Source of the DNA: an uncultured bacterium
GTDB taxonomy: Bacteria; Hydrothermota; Hydrothermia; UBA1063
NCBI GenBank assembly: GCA_964654765.1
Contig: CAZZKY010000074.1
Coordinates: 1-62,477 of the forward strand
DNA length: 62,477 nt
Direction of reading: 5' to 3'
Shown: in pieces, positions 37,109 through 46,021 of the stretch
Layout of the letters: each line of letters begins with the position of its first letter
Position numbering within the stretch: the stretch's first letter is position 1
Notes under the pieces: generated by a model
What the model was told of the DNA's origin: nothing
Databases searched by the model: none
The model's input: the letters and a program-made list of their open reading frames with translations, nothing else
Translations under genes and position numbers: made by a program

Positions 37109-37566
37109 TTCGACTCCCTCCTTTTCTCCTCGATTATTTGTTTGACCTTTTCGGGAGTTAGATTGCCATAAACTTCCTCATTGATCATCATGGCAGGTGC
37201 AACACCGCACACACCTATGCAGGAAGTCAGCTCTAAGGTAAAGAGTTCGTCTTTTGTAGTTTCTCCGATCCCAATCCCGAGGGTTTTAACAAGCTCCACA
37301 ATCACGTCGCTGGAACCCATAAGGTGACAAGTGGGTGACTCACATACCCTGATTATGTATTTTCCCCGGGGTTTCAAGCTGAACATACTGTAAAAAGTAG
37401 CAACTCCATGAACATAGCTGTAAGGGAGGTTTAACCAGTTCGCAACTGCTCTTAAATCCTCCTCCGTCAGATAATGCCGGGGATTATTGTCCTGGATATC
37501 ATGCAGAATATAAAGGAGGTTGTCCTTTGACTTTCCGTATTTGTTCAAAATTTCTTCCCTTGTCAT
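37105..37566 (-). CDS. NuoE-like [2Fe-2S] subunit, paralogue 2
   Basis: RVCESPTCHLMGS ... SCIGVCGVAPAMMINEE (CxxxxC...CxxxC). ATGA overlap with NuoF-like 2. Confidence 0.85.
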   Translation of the reverse strand: MTREEILNKYGKSKDNLLYILHDIQDNNPRHYLTEEDLRAVANWLNLPYSYVHGVATFYSMFSLKPRGKYIIRVCESPTCHLMGSSDVIVELVKTLGIGIGETTKDELFTLELTSCIGVCGVAPAMMINEEVYGNLTPEKVKQIIEEKRRESK

Positions 37567-37578
37567 AGTCCCCCCAAA

Positions 37579-39243
37579 TTAAATGATGCCTTTTAACTTT
37601 TCTTCCAATGAAACTTCCTCTTCTTTTACCTCAAACTGGCAAACACCTGCCCTGCATTTTTTATCCTTGATGTGCTCAATATACTCATCCCGGAAATAGC
37701 GCAATGTTGAAAGGACAGGATTAGGCGCAGATTGACCAAGTCCACAGAGAGAGGTTCTCCTTATTTCCTCCCCAAGTTTTTCAAGGGTTTCAAGGTCTTC
37801 CATCTTACCATGACCCTTAGTTATCCTATCAAGAATATCGTAAAGGTGTTTCAAGCCAATCCGACAAGGTACACACTGACCACAGGACTCTTCCACTGTA
37901 AAATCTAAGAAGAACTTAGCGAGATTTACCATACAGGTATCTTCATCCAAAACAATTACACCACCGGAGCCCATTATCGTACCAAGTTTTTTAAGCGACT
38001 CATAATCAATTGGAGTATCAGCATATTCTGCAGGTACACACCCACCTGATGGTCCCCCTATCTGAACCGCTTTAAACTTTTTGTTATCAGGAATACCACC
38101 ACCTATATCAAAAACGAGTTCTCTTATGGTAATTCCCATTGGAACCTCAACAAGCCCTGTATTATTAACCTTTCCGGAGAGGGCAAATACCTTGGTGCCT
38201 TTGCTGGTTTCCGTTCCAATGCTGGCAAACCACTTAGATCCATTAAGGATTATATGCCTTACATTTGCGAAAGTTTCCACGTTATTGATTAAAGTGGGTT
38301 TACCCCACAAACCCTTTTGTGCTGGGAACGGAGGTTTTGGCCTTGGCTGACCTCGTTTCCCTTCAATTGATGCAATTAGTGCTGTCTCTTCTCCACAGAC
38401 AAAGGCGCCAGCACCAATCCTTATCTCTATATCAAAACTAAAGGAAGTTTCAAAAATATTGTTTCCGAGAAGTCCGTATTTCCTCGCCTGCTGAATGGCT
38501 TTTTCCAACCTCTTTATTGCAAGGGGATATTCTGCTCTCACATAAACATAACCCTGTTTCGCTCCAATAGCATAGGCAGCAATTGCCATACCTTCAATTA
38601 CAGAATGGGGATCACCTTCAAGAATTGCTCTATCCATAAAGGCACCTGGGTCACCCTCATCACCATTGCAAACAACAAACTTCTCGTCACCAGCGGATTC
38701 CCTTGTCACTTTCCACTTTATTCCTGTTGGGAAACCGGCACCGCCTCTCCCCCTTAAGCCAGAATTAATCATTTCCTCAATAACCTGTTCCGGTGTCATT
38801 TCAGTCAGAACCTTTGCGAGAGCTTCATATCCACCAACGGCAATGTATTCCTCAATATTTTCTGGATCAATCTTACCACAGTTAGAAAGTACTATCTTAA
38901 GCTGTTTTTCGAAGAAGGGAATCTGCTTTTTCTCTTCAACAATCCTTCTTGCTTCAGGTGTAGTCCACTGCAAACGTTTTACCGGTCTTCCCTTAATGAC
39001 GTGTTCCTTAACGATCTCTTCAACATCGCTCTCTTTGAGCTTTATGTAAAAAACACCATCGGGGTAAACGAGCATAACGGGACCGAGCTCGCATGGTCCC
39101 ATGCAGCCTGTTTCCACTATCGCAACTTCATCTTCGAGATTGTGTTCTTTCAACACCGCCTGTAATTTATTCTTGATAGTGGTGCTATCATTAGATATAC
39201 AGGCGGCACCAGAACAAACAAGGATATCAAGCCTCTTTGGCAT
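37579..39243 (-). CDS. NuoF-like FMN/NAD(P)H diaphorase subunit, paralogue 1 (intact N-terminal Trx-like [2Fe-2S] domain)
   Basis: N-terminus [11 protein letters not shown]...[12 protein letters not shown] (4 Cys). [36 protein letters not shown]. Ends shortly after KCRAGVC, with no 2x[4Fe-4S] ferredoxin domain. Confidence 0.9.
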   Translation of the reverse strand: MPKRLDILVCSGAACISNDSTTIKNKLQAVLKEHNLEDEVAIVETGCMGPCELGPVMLVYPDGVFYIKLKESDVEEIVKEHVIKGRPVKRLQWTTPEARRIVEEKKQIPFFEKQLKIVLSNCGKIDPENIEEYIAVGGYEALAKVLTEMTPEQVIEEMINSGLRGRGGAGFPTGIKWKVTRESAGDEKFVVCNGDEGDPGAFMDRAILEGDPHSVIEGMAIAAYAIGAKQGYVYVRAEYPLAIKRLEKAIQQARKYGLLGNNIFETSFSFDIEIRIGAGAFVCGEETALIASIEGKRGQPRPKPPFPAQKGLWGKPTLINNVETFANVRHIILNGSKWFASIGTETSKGTKVFALSGKVNNTGLVEVPMGITIRELVFDIGGGIPDNKKFKAVQIGGPSGGCVPAEYADTPIDYESLKKLGTIMGSGGVIVLDEDTCMVNLAKFFLDFTVEESCGQCVPCRIGLKHLYDILDRITKGHGKMEDLETLEKLGEEIRRTSLCGLGQSAPNPVLSTLRYFRDEYIEHIKDKKCRAGVCQFEVKEEEVSLEEKLKGII

Positions 39244-39609
39244 TTATGCCTCCTTGACCTCTATTACGTATTCCGTTACAGGATTTCCATTGACAATATG
39301 TTCGGCCACAATCCTTCTCGCTGCATCAGGTGTAAGATTTCCGTAAACCACAATTGGTTTACCCTCTTCCCAGACCTCTGCTATTGGCTCATGGGAAGAA
39401 AGTCCCTTTTCCCCGCTCTGCGTCACAATAACATCCTGCAAGTTTCTTTTCTCAACCTCATCAATGAATGCTTTCAAAACTTCTCTGGCTCCAGCAGCTA
39501 TGCCGCTGGTTCCCATCCCTACTACAATTTTTACTCTCGCCTTACCTTCCCTTAACTTGAGCTCTTTTTCAGCTTTTTCTCTAATTTTTCTAAGGTCTTC
39601 CAACTTCAT
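39244..39609 (-). CDS. Thioredoxin-like ferredoxin-fold protein lacking all cysteines (HydD-like position)
   Basis: 121 aa with zero Cys. GMGTSGIAAGA and VTQSGEKGLSSHEP sit where homologous [2Fe-2S] proteins have, as I recall, GTCG and TGC..C. Lies between the GHKL ATPase and NuoF-like 1. Confidence 0.6.
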   Translation of the reverse strand: MKLEDLRKIREKAEKELKLREGKARVKIVVGMGTSGIAAGAREVLKAFIDEVEKRNLQDVIVTQSGEKGLSSHEPIAEVWEEGKPIVVYGNLTPDAARRIVAEHIVNGNPVTEYVIEVKEA

Positions 39610-40157
39610 GATACTACCTCCATTGCTTTCAAATTTTCGTCAATGTATTCTTTTAAAAATCTAATTACTTCAGGATGGTTTATGGGCACATCCTGAAGTT
39701 CTTTTTTAATTTCCCGTGTGTCCAGTACAAAGGACACGCCATCCTTATAGATTTCAAATAAGAAATCAATTTCAGGTTTTCCAACAACAAGGGCGATAAT
39801 TGTATCTCTCATGTTACCGATGGGGGGCAAGTCAATGTGGGACATTTTAAATTTTGCTTTTATTAACGTTCCCTTCCCAGGCGTACTTATAATTTCAAAA
39901 CTGCCGTCACAGTGCTCCGCAATTTGTTTGAACAGTGGAATTCCAAGTCCCACTTTTTTATAGGATTTAGTTGTGTAAAATGGGTCCTGGACTTTTTTAA
40001 TTTCTTCTGCTGTCATACCTTTACCGTCATCTTCGATCTCTATGGTCAATGTGTCAAGGGAAAAGTTTTGTTCTAATCTCACCCTTACAAGTTTGGCACC
40101 TGCACTTATCGAATTTTGGACGATATCCATTATATGCATGGAGAGCTCAGCCAGCAA
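39606..40157 (-). CDS. Stand-alone GHKL (histidine-kinase-like) ATPase without a DHp/phosphoacceptor domain
   Basis: N-box DIVQNSISAGA, G1 EDDGKGM, G2 GLGIPL, GKGT. Inserted between NuoE-like 1 and the Trx-like protein. Start uncertain (TTG 40157 or ATG 40139). Confidence 0.7.
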   Translation of the reverse strand: MLAELSMHIMDIVQNSISAGAKLVRVRLEQNFSLDTLTIEIEDDGKGMTAEEIKKVQDPFYTTKSYKKVGLGIPLFKQIAEHCDGSFEIISTPGKGTLIKAKFKMSHIDLPPIGNMRDTIIALVVGKPEIDFLFEIYKDGVSFVLDTREIKKELQDVPINHPEVIRFLKEYIDENLKAMEVVS

Positions 40158-40674
40158 CCTCGCTCTGCTCCTCTTTTCCTTCCGTCTCTTTCTGTCTCCT
40201 ATATTCTCTTATAACTTCTTTTACCTTTTCTGGTGTTAGTTTGCCAAAAACATCCTCATTGATCATTATCACGGGCGCAAGCCCACAAGCACCAAAACAC
40301 CTCGCTGTGGAAAGGGTAAAGAATTTATCTTTTGTGGTTTCTCCGACTTTTATCCCAAGTTCTTCCGAAATAGCCTTCACAATAGCCTCTGCACCCTTTA
40401 CGTGGCACGCAGTACCCATGCACACATTAATCACGTGCTTAGCGACAGGTTCTGTCCGGAAAAAGTTGTAGAACGTAACAACGCCGTAAACCTGCGAAAG
40501 AGGAACATTCAATTCCTTTGCTACAAAATACTGAACTTCCGGTGGAAGGTAACCGAAGATTTCCTGGGCCCTATGTAAAACCTGAATCAAGGGACCAGGC
40601 TTTCTCTTGTACCTTGCAATATCCCTTTTCAACATCTGATATTGTGGGTTATCCTCAGGTATGTGAAGTTTCAT
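40147..40674 (-). CDS. NuoE-like [2Fe-2S] subunit, paralogue 1
   Basis: NVCMGTACHVKGA ... RCFGACGLAPVIMINED. ATGA overlap with the upstream PHP gene. Confidence 0.85.
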   Translation of the reverse strand: MKLHIPEDNPQYQMLKRDIARYKRKPGPLIQVLHRAQEIFGYLPPEVQYFVAKELNVPLSQVYGVVTFYNFFRTEPVAKHVINVCMGTACHVKGAEAIVKAISEELGIKVGETTKDKFFTLSTARCFGACGLAPVIMINEDVFGKLTPEKVKEVIREYRRQKETEGKEEQSEVAG

Positions 40675-41423
40675 AAAATCCTCCCTTTTTCACCATAAAC
40701 TTCATAACTTCTACCATCTAACCCCTTCAAAGCCTTTCTTACCTCTTCTAAAGTGGGCTTTGCAATATTAAACACCACATACCCTCTTCCTATCTCTTCA
40801 GGGTAGTGGGCATCAGAGAATGTTACCACTGGATAGTTTGAAATACCTGGAATTTCTCTATCATTTAGTCTGGAAGGTTCTGTGTTATAAATAACCTCTA
40901 CACCGTCAATGTTAAGATTTTCAGGTATAAATCCCAGTTGTGAAACGATACTAAAATGGGGAGAGTTGACATGAGAAAGAATAGAGATACCCCCGTAGTG
41001 AGCAATCAGAGACAGCACCTCATCCAGATTCAAAGTAATAGAATTCACAAGAAGTTTCTCTTCAAACCTGATTATCTCCTCATCCTCATCTACAACTACC
41101 TGATCCCCAAAATATTCAGGATTATTAGGAATATCAGGCAGGTGTTCATAAATGATTTCTCCAAACCCCTTTAAATTTTCAATAGAATCAAAAAGGGCAA
41201 GTAGATGTACTTCTTCAGAGGTCTGGACTTCCATCCCGTAAAGTGCCGAAATAAGGTTTCTCTCAACAAATTTAGAAATCTGTATCGAATTTTCATAAGA
41301 ATTGTGGTCTGTAACGGCGATAAAATTTATCCCCTTTTCCAAAGCAAATTCAACGATTTTCTTGGGAGACATCTCTAAGCTCCCGCAAGGGGAGAGAGTT
41401 GAGTGAATATGAAAATCTGCCAT
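40671..41423 (-). CDS. PHP-domain metal-dependent phosphoesterase
   Basis: Start at ATG 41423 (MADFHIHSTLSPCG...). FIAVTDHNS, later SHVNSPH and FSDAHYPEE. Confidence 0.75.
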   Translation of the reverse strand: MADFHIHSTLSPCGSLEMSPKKIVEFALEKGINFIAVTDHNSYENSIQISKFVERNLISALYGMEVQTSEEVHLLALFDSIENLKGFGEIIYEHLPDIPNNPEYFGDQVVVDEDEEIIRFEEKLLVNSITLNLDEVLSLIAHYGGISILSHVNSPHFSIVSQLGFIPENLNIDGVEVIYNTEPSRLNDREIPGISNYPVVTFSDAHYPEEIGRGYVVFNIAKPTLEEVRKALKGLDGRSYEVYGEKGRIL

Positions 41424-41427
41424 AAAT

Positions 41428-41781
41428 CTACCGAATTTCACCGTATTTAAGTAAATTGTAAAGTTTTCCACAAAATTCAAAGGTATTCATTTCAGTTCCA
41501 AGTAAAACTACACCTTCCTCAGTCGCTTTTTTTATCGTAGCATCGTCAGGAATTATACCCTTTGTTATAACAATTCCAGCCCCATCCTTTAACTTCGCAA
41601 CGGCAACAACATTGAGGTGTCTTTGAATGGTAACCCAAAGCTCATCCTTAGAAAGTCCAGCAATCACATCAGAGAGGAGATCTGAGGCATATCCCCAGGA
41701 CACCTCAATCATCTCCCAGCCTTCCACTTCGGGGTTGAATATTTTCAAACCCATTACTTTAACAACTTCACTTAGCTTCAT
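41428..41781 (-). CDS. DRTGG-domain protein, copy 2
   Basis: YASDLLSDVIAGL...VTIQRHLNVVAVAKL...GIVITKGIIPDDATIKKATEEGVVLLGT. Confidence 0.65.
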   Translation of the reverse strand: MKLSEVVKVMGLKIFNPEVEGWEMIEVSWGYASDLLSDVIAGLSKDELWVTIQRHLNVVAVAKLKDGAGIVITKGIIPDDATIKKATEEGVVLLGTEMNTFEFCGKLYNLLKYGEIR

Positions 41782-42214
41782 TTTCTTTTCTCCTGTAAAT
41801 TATTGCGTGGATCTTTGTCCCTACGCCCGGTGCAGATTCCACTTCAAAGACATCAGAGTTCTGCTTCATATTGGGAAATCCCATACCTGCACCGAAGCCG
41901 TAATCCTGTGCCCAAGGGGGCGCAGTGGAATAACCAGGTTGCATAGCCTTTTCAAGGTCCTCTATCCCAGGGCCATTATCTTCAGCAAAAATCTCTACTG
42001 AATTACTGTTGGCTTCAACTTTGAGTTTTCCTCCAACAGAATAAAGGATCATATTCATTTCCGCCTCAAAACATATTATACCTACCCTCTTTACAACCTC
42101 TTCTTCAATACCGTATTTCTGAAGTTCGCTTTTTACGTGCGAGGAGGCAGCACCGGCATTTGCGAGATCCATCGCCTTTATTCTATAGACCAATCTGACC
42201 TTTTCGTTACCCAT
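41768..42214 (-). CDS. RsbW/SpoIIAB-like anti-sigma-type Ser/Thr kinase (GHKL ATPase)
   Basis: 148 aa. N-box CFEAEMNMILY, G1 EDNGPGIED, G2 GFGAGMGFPNM, APGVGT. Confidence 0.7.
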   Translation of the reverse strand: MGNEKVRLVYRIKAMDLANAGAASSHVKSELQKYGIEEEVVKRVGIICFEAEMNMILYSVGGKLKVEANSNSVEIFAEDNGPGIEDLEKAMQPGYSTAPPWAQDYGFGAGMGFPNMKQNSDVFEVESAPGVGTKIHAIIYRRKENEAK

Positions 42215-42610
42215 TTAGTCAACATTTAAACAAGTGTTTGTATCTTCACCACCCTGAAGTATTTTAATTTTACAGGGTTTAACTCCATTCGTATACAAGA
42301 TTCCACAGGTTTCAAAGACTGTTTTTTGAGTTAATACTACAGGTATGCCGGAAAGTTTCGCTGCTTCGACAAGCGCTTTTGAAGGCTGTTTACCCCTAGC
42401 AATTATAATGAGTGGTATATCCAAAACTTCCGCAACCCTTATTACCTGGGGACCAGTTATTCCAGTAATTAAACAGGCTTTTTCTTCAGTCAATGCAAGA
42501 ACATCAGAAAGGAGGTCAGCGGCGAAACCCCTTTCCACTTCCACATCCAACTTATCTTGGCCTGAAATAATTTTGCCATCTATTTTTTCAACAATCTCTC
42601 GTATCTTCAT
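42215..42610 (-). CDS. DRTGG-domain protein, copy 1 (first gene of the supercluster)
   Basis: FAADLLSDVLALTEEKACLITGITGPQVIRVAEVLDIPLIIIARGKQP...AAKLSGIPVVLT. Confidence 0.7.
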   Translation of the reverse strand: MKIREIVEKIDGKIISGQDKLDVEVERGFAADLLSDVLALTEEKACLITGITGPQVIRVAEVLDIPLIIIARGKQPSKALVEAAKLSGIPVVLTQKTVFETCGILYTNGVKPCKIKILQGGEDTNTCLNVD

Positions 42611-42622
42611 AGAACTATCTTA

Positions 42623-42651
42623 ATTATACAACTTTGTGAAAATGCGTTCAA
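42623..42651 (-). promoter_or_regulatory. Consensus sigma70-type promoter of the hydrogenase/FDH supercluster
   Basis: Minus strand: TTGAAC (42651..42646), 17 nt, TATAAT (42628..42623), 12 nt, ATG (42610). No SD. Confidence 0.5.
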
Positions 42652-42672
42652 GCCCTATAAAATTTGTAGGAT

Positions 42673-42701
42673 TTGAAGTTTTGAACTCAATGAGGTATAA
42701 T
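42673..42701 (+). promoter_or_regulatory. Candidate sigma70-type promoter of mgtE
   Basis: TTGAAG (42673..42678), 17 nt, TATAAT (42696..42701). It lies inside the long ORF-track version of mgtE, which argues for the ATG at 42729. Confidence 0.45.
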
Positions 42702-42728
42702 TTTGAATGCACTAAGGGACGATGGAGG

Positions 42729-44102
42729 ATGCTCGAAAGGAACGAATTCATAGAGTTTATACTTCCAGATGTAGAAGAATTCATCGAACAGAAAAATTGG
42801 CACGAATTAAAAATCGCCCTTTCTGAATGGCCTCCCCAAGATCTCGCATATTTAATCCAGTCCCTTAAAGATGAGTACAAAATAATCGTCTTTAGATTAC
42901 TTCCAAAAGACCTACAGGTCGAGGTTTTCAGTGAATTGGATTTTGAAGTTCAAGAGCAATTGATTCACAAACTTGCTGACGAAGAAGTCAGAGCAATTAT
43001 AGAAGAACTTGAACCAGATGACAGGGCTGGACTCTTTGAAGAATTACCTGGACAAATAGTTCAGAAACTCCTTCAATTCCTTTCCCCGGAAGAAAGAAAA
43101 GTTACTTTAAAACTTCTGGGATATCCTGAAAACACCGTCGGAAGATTGATGACACCTTACTACATTGCCGTGAGGTCTCACTGGACCTGCCAGGAGGCGA
43201 TAGAGCACGTCAGGAAATATGGAAAAGAAGCGGAGACTATCGATGTTATTTACGTAGTAGATCAAATTGGACACCTTATAGACGATATAACATTGAGAGA
43301 CATAATACTTGCCGAACCAACTGAAAAAATTGAAGGATTAATGGATGGACAAGTTGTTTATGTAGATGCTTATACTGACCAGGAAGAAGCAGTCAAAATA
43401 ATGAAAAAGTATAATCTCAACGTTTTGCCCGTAGTTGACAAGGACAACATTCTCCTTGGAATCGTCACTATTGACGATATGATCGACGTTCTTGACGAAG
43501 AGCAAACAGAAGACCTTGCAAAAATATCAGGTGTTAGTCCAGAAGTAGTAGGCGCAGAATTTCTCACCCATCTTAAAGAAGTACCTATTTCAGAGGTATA
43601 CCGAAGTAGAATTAAATGGCTGGTGTTTCTTTTAATAATGGACTTAGCAACCGGGGGAATTATTGCAGGTTTTCAAGAACTTATTGCAAAATATGCGATC
43701 TTAGTCTCTTTCCTTCCCGTACTTATTGATACAGCAGGAAACGCGGGTTCTCAGGCAGCTACGCTGCTTATAAGAGCCCTCGCCCTTGGCACCGTAAAGC
43801 CAAAGGACTGGCTATTACTCTTTGGTAGGGAATTCCTCGTTGCAAGCCTTCTTGGCCTTACTATGGCACTGGGAATCTCTCTCATGGGTTTCCTAAGGGG
43901 TGGGGCAGAAATCGCTAAGGTTGTAATCACTGCAATGTTTGTTAACGTTGTTCTTGGATCCCTTATAGGACTTGCCCTACCATTCATTTTTCTCAAACTC
44001 AGGCAGGATCCCGCATCGGCAAGCACTCCTCTAATCACTACCTTAGCCGACATTCTTGGAACAGGTGTTTACTTAGCCTTAGCCACCCTAATGCTCCGTT
44101 AA
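42729..44102 (+). CDS. mgtE: Magnesium transporter MgtE
   Basis: N-domain, tandem CBS (VGRLMTP...; LPVVDKDNILLGIVTIDD), TM domain with IDTAGNAGSQAATLLIRAL. Start chosen downstream of the promoter. Confidence 0.9.
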   Translation: MLERNEFIEFILPDVEEFIEQKNWHELKIALSEWPPQDLAYLIQSLKDEYKIIVFRLLPKDLQVEVFSELDFEVQEQLIHKLADEEVRAIIEELEPDDRAGLFEELPGQIVQKLLQFLSPEERKVTLKLLGYPENTVGRLMTPYYIAVRSHWTCQEAIEHVRKYGKEAETIDVIYVVDQIGHLIDDITLRDIILAEPTEKIEGLMDGQVVYVDAYTDQEEAVKIMKKYNLNVLPVVDKDNILLGIVTIDDMIDVLDEEQTEDLAKISGVSPEVVGAEFLTHLKEVPISEVYRSRIKWLVFLLIMDLATGGIIAGFQELIAKYAILVSFLPVLIDTAGNAGSQAATLLIRALALGTVKPKDWLLLFGREFLVASLLGLTMALGISLMGFLRGGAEIAKVVITAMFVNVVLGSLIGLALPFIFLKLRQDPASASTPLITTLADILGTGVYLALATLMLR

Positions 44103-44119
44103 AGAACCCATTGTATTCC

Positions 44120-44148
44120 TTTACTTTCCGAGGTTTTCAAATTATAAT
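44120..44148 (+). promoter_or_regulatory. Candidate promoter of tig-clpP-clpX-lon-hflX
   Basis: TTTACT (44120..44125), 17 nt, TATAAT (44143..44148). GGAGG at 44173..44177, ATG at 44183. Confidence 0.4.
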
Positions 44149-44182
44149 AAAAACAAACAAAGAACACATTTTGGAGGTATGA

Positions 44183-45400
44183 ATGGCAAAATTAATTGGA
44201 AACGTCAATCCAAAGGCTTTGAGAGAATTGACCATTACAATCACGGAAGAAGAAGTTAAAGCCAATATTGACAAGATTTCCCAGATCTATCAGAGGAAAG
44301 CCAAAATTCAGGGATTCCGACCTGGAAAAGCCCCTCTGGAACTGGTAAGGAAAGTCTACGAAAAGGAAATTCTATTGGATGCTCAGGATGAAGCTATCAA
44401 AACCAAAATTTATGACGAAATTAAAGCAAGGAAAGAAGAAGTAGTCTCTGAAATCTACATCAAAGACCGTAAGGACGATGAAAATGGTATAACGGTGACG
44501 GTAGAATATGAGGCAATCCCAACCTTTCTCTTTCCAAATCTCGGTTCTATAAAAGTACAGAAAAAAATCAAGAGAGTATCAGAAATTGACGTAGAAGATG
44601 AAATTGAAAAATATCAGAAGAAACTCGGCAAGCTTGTTCCTGTCAACAGAGAGAGCAAAGAAGGCGATTACCTTATCGTAGACTACAAGGAGATAGAAAA
44701 CGGCAAAGTTACTAAAACCAGACCTAATCTTACCCTTCAAATTTCCCCTGAAACCATAAACCCTGATGTCCTTGATAAATTCTTAAACAAGAAGAAGGGC
44801 GATACAGTGGAAATCGATTTTATTGATCAAGATAAAAACAAACCGATAAAGCTCACTTACGTAATTAAAGAAGTAGCAGAGCTTCAACTACCAGAACTGA
44901 ACGACGAATTTGCTAAAAGCCTTGGTTACGAAAACCTTGAAAAGATGAAGGAAGAAATAAGAGAATATTTGATTAAACAAAACGAGAAAGCCTCCGAAGA
45001 TGAATTGGAATGGCAAATCATAGACGAAATATATAATAGGGTTCAGTTCGAGCTGCCCCGTTCATTAGTTGAAGAAAAAATTACACGAATTGCTCAAAGC
45101 TTTAGATATGATCCCAAAAATGAAGAAGTCAGAAATTCATTTAGACGAATCGCTGAAGATCTTGTCAAAAAAGAGATAATTTTAAAGAACTATATTGACC
45201 AGGAAGGTCTGGAGGCCACGGAGGAAGAAATAACCAAAGCCATTGAAGAAAAGGCAAAAATTTATCGTATGGACTCTCAAACTTACAGGAAAGAACTGGA
45301 AAAACGTGGTTTGATGGACGATGTAGTGGACGAGATATTAAGAAACAAGGCTATGGAAAACTTAAAAAATGCCGTTAAAGTGGAGGTTATTATAGAATGA
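44183..45400 (+). CDS. tig: Trigger factor
   Basis: N-terminal ribosome-binding motif GFRPGKAP, ~400 aa K/E-rich, immediately upstream of clpP-clpX. Confidence 0.9.
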   Translation: MAKLIGNVNPKALRELTITITEEEVKANIDKISQIYQRKAKIQGFRPGKAPLELVRKVYEKEILLDAQDEAIKTKIYDEIKARKEEVVSEIYIKDRKDDENGITVTVEYEAIPTFLFPNLGSIKVQKKIKRVSEIDVEDEIEKYQKKLGKLVPVNRESKEGDYLIVDYKEIENGKVTKTRPNLTLQISPETINPDVLDKFLNKKKGDTVEIDFIDQDKNKPIKLTYVIKEVAELQLPELNDEFAKSLGYENLEKMKEEIREYLIKQNEKASEDELEWQIIDEIYNRVQFELPRSLVEEKITRIAQSFRYDPKNEEVRNSFRRIAEDLVKKEIILKNYIDQEGLEATEEEITKAIEEKAKIYRMDSQTYRKELEKRGLMDDVVDEILRNKAMENLKNAVKVEVIIE

Positions 45401-46020
45401 GCATAGACATAAAGAAAGTTATTGATCAATACGTTCCTTACGTTATTGAGGTAACTGGAAGGGGTGAAAGGGTTTATGACATTTACTCAAGGCTTTTAAA
45501 AGATAGAATAATTTTTCTCGGTTCGCCGATAAATGGACATGTGGCCAACCTTGTAGTTGCCCAGATGCTTTTCCTTGAAGCAGAAAACCCTGAAAGGGAC
45601 ATTAACCTTTATATAAACTCCCCAGGAGGCGAAGTGACTGCAGGTCTCGCTATTTACGATACGATGCAATACATAAAACCTGATGTAGCTACAATATGCG
45701 TCGGAATGGCCGCATCTATGGGGGCTGTGCTCCTTGCTGCAGGTAAAAAAGGCAAGAGGTATGCCCTTCCACACTCCAGGATAATGATCCACCAACCCTG
45801 GGGCGGAGTTGAGGGACAGGCTATTGACATAAAAATTCACGCAGAAGAGATTATGAAAATGAGAGATATATTAAACAATATTCTCTCAAAGCACACAGGG
45901 CAACCTATTGAAAAAATTGAGAAGGATACCGATAGAGAATTCTTTATGTCAGCCCTCGAAGCAAAGGAATACGGCATTATAGACGAGGTAATTTACAGCC
46001 GTAAGGAGGAAAAGAAGTAA
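45397..46020 (+). CDS. clpP: ATP-dependent Clp protease proteolytic subunit
   Basis: [17 protein letters not shown] (Ser), MIHQP (His), catalytic Asp region [10 protein letters not shown]. Confidence 0.97.
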   Translation: MSIDIKKVIDQYVPYVIEVTGRGERVYDIYSRLLKDRIIFLGSPINGHVANLVVAQMLFLEAENPERDINLYINSPGGEVTAGLAIYDTMQYIKPDVATICVGMAASMGAVLLAAGKKGKRYALPHSRIMIHQPWGGVEGQAIDIKIHAEEIMKMRDILNNILSKHTGQPIEKIEKDTDREFFMSALEAKEYGIIDEVIYSRKEEKK

Positions 46021-46021
46021 A

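Noticed and set aside
42636-42728. N-terminal 31-aa extension of mgtE, as drawn in the ORF track.
   Set aside because: A consensus TTGAAG-17-TATAAT promoter (42673..42701) lies inside the extension, and the extension is not MgtE-like. The ATG at 42729 gives a normal MgtE N-terminus.
42611-42728. Possible replication origin at the minus-to-plus strand switch, and a possible M-box riboswitch upstream of mgtE.
   Set aside because: The region is only ~120 nt and is fully accounted for by two divergent promoters. It has no TTATCCACA-type DnaA boxes, no AT-rich unwinding repeats and no dnaA/dnaN nearby. It is too short for the ~160-nt M-box.
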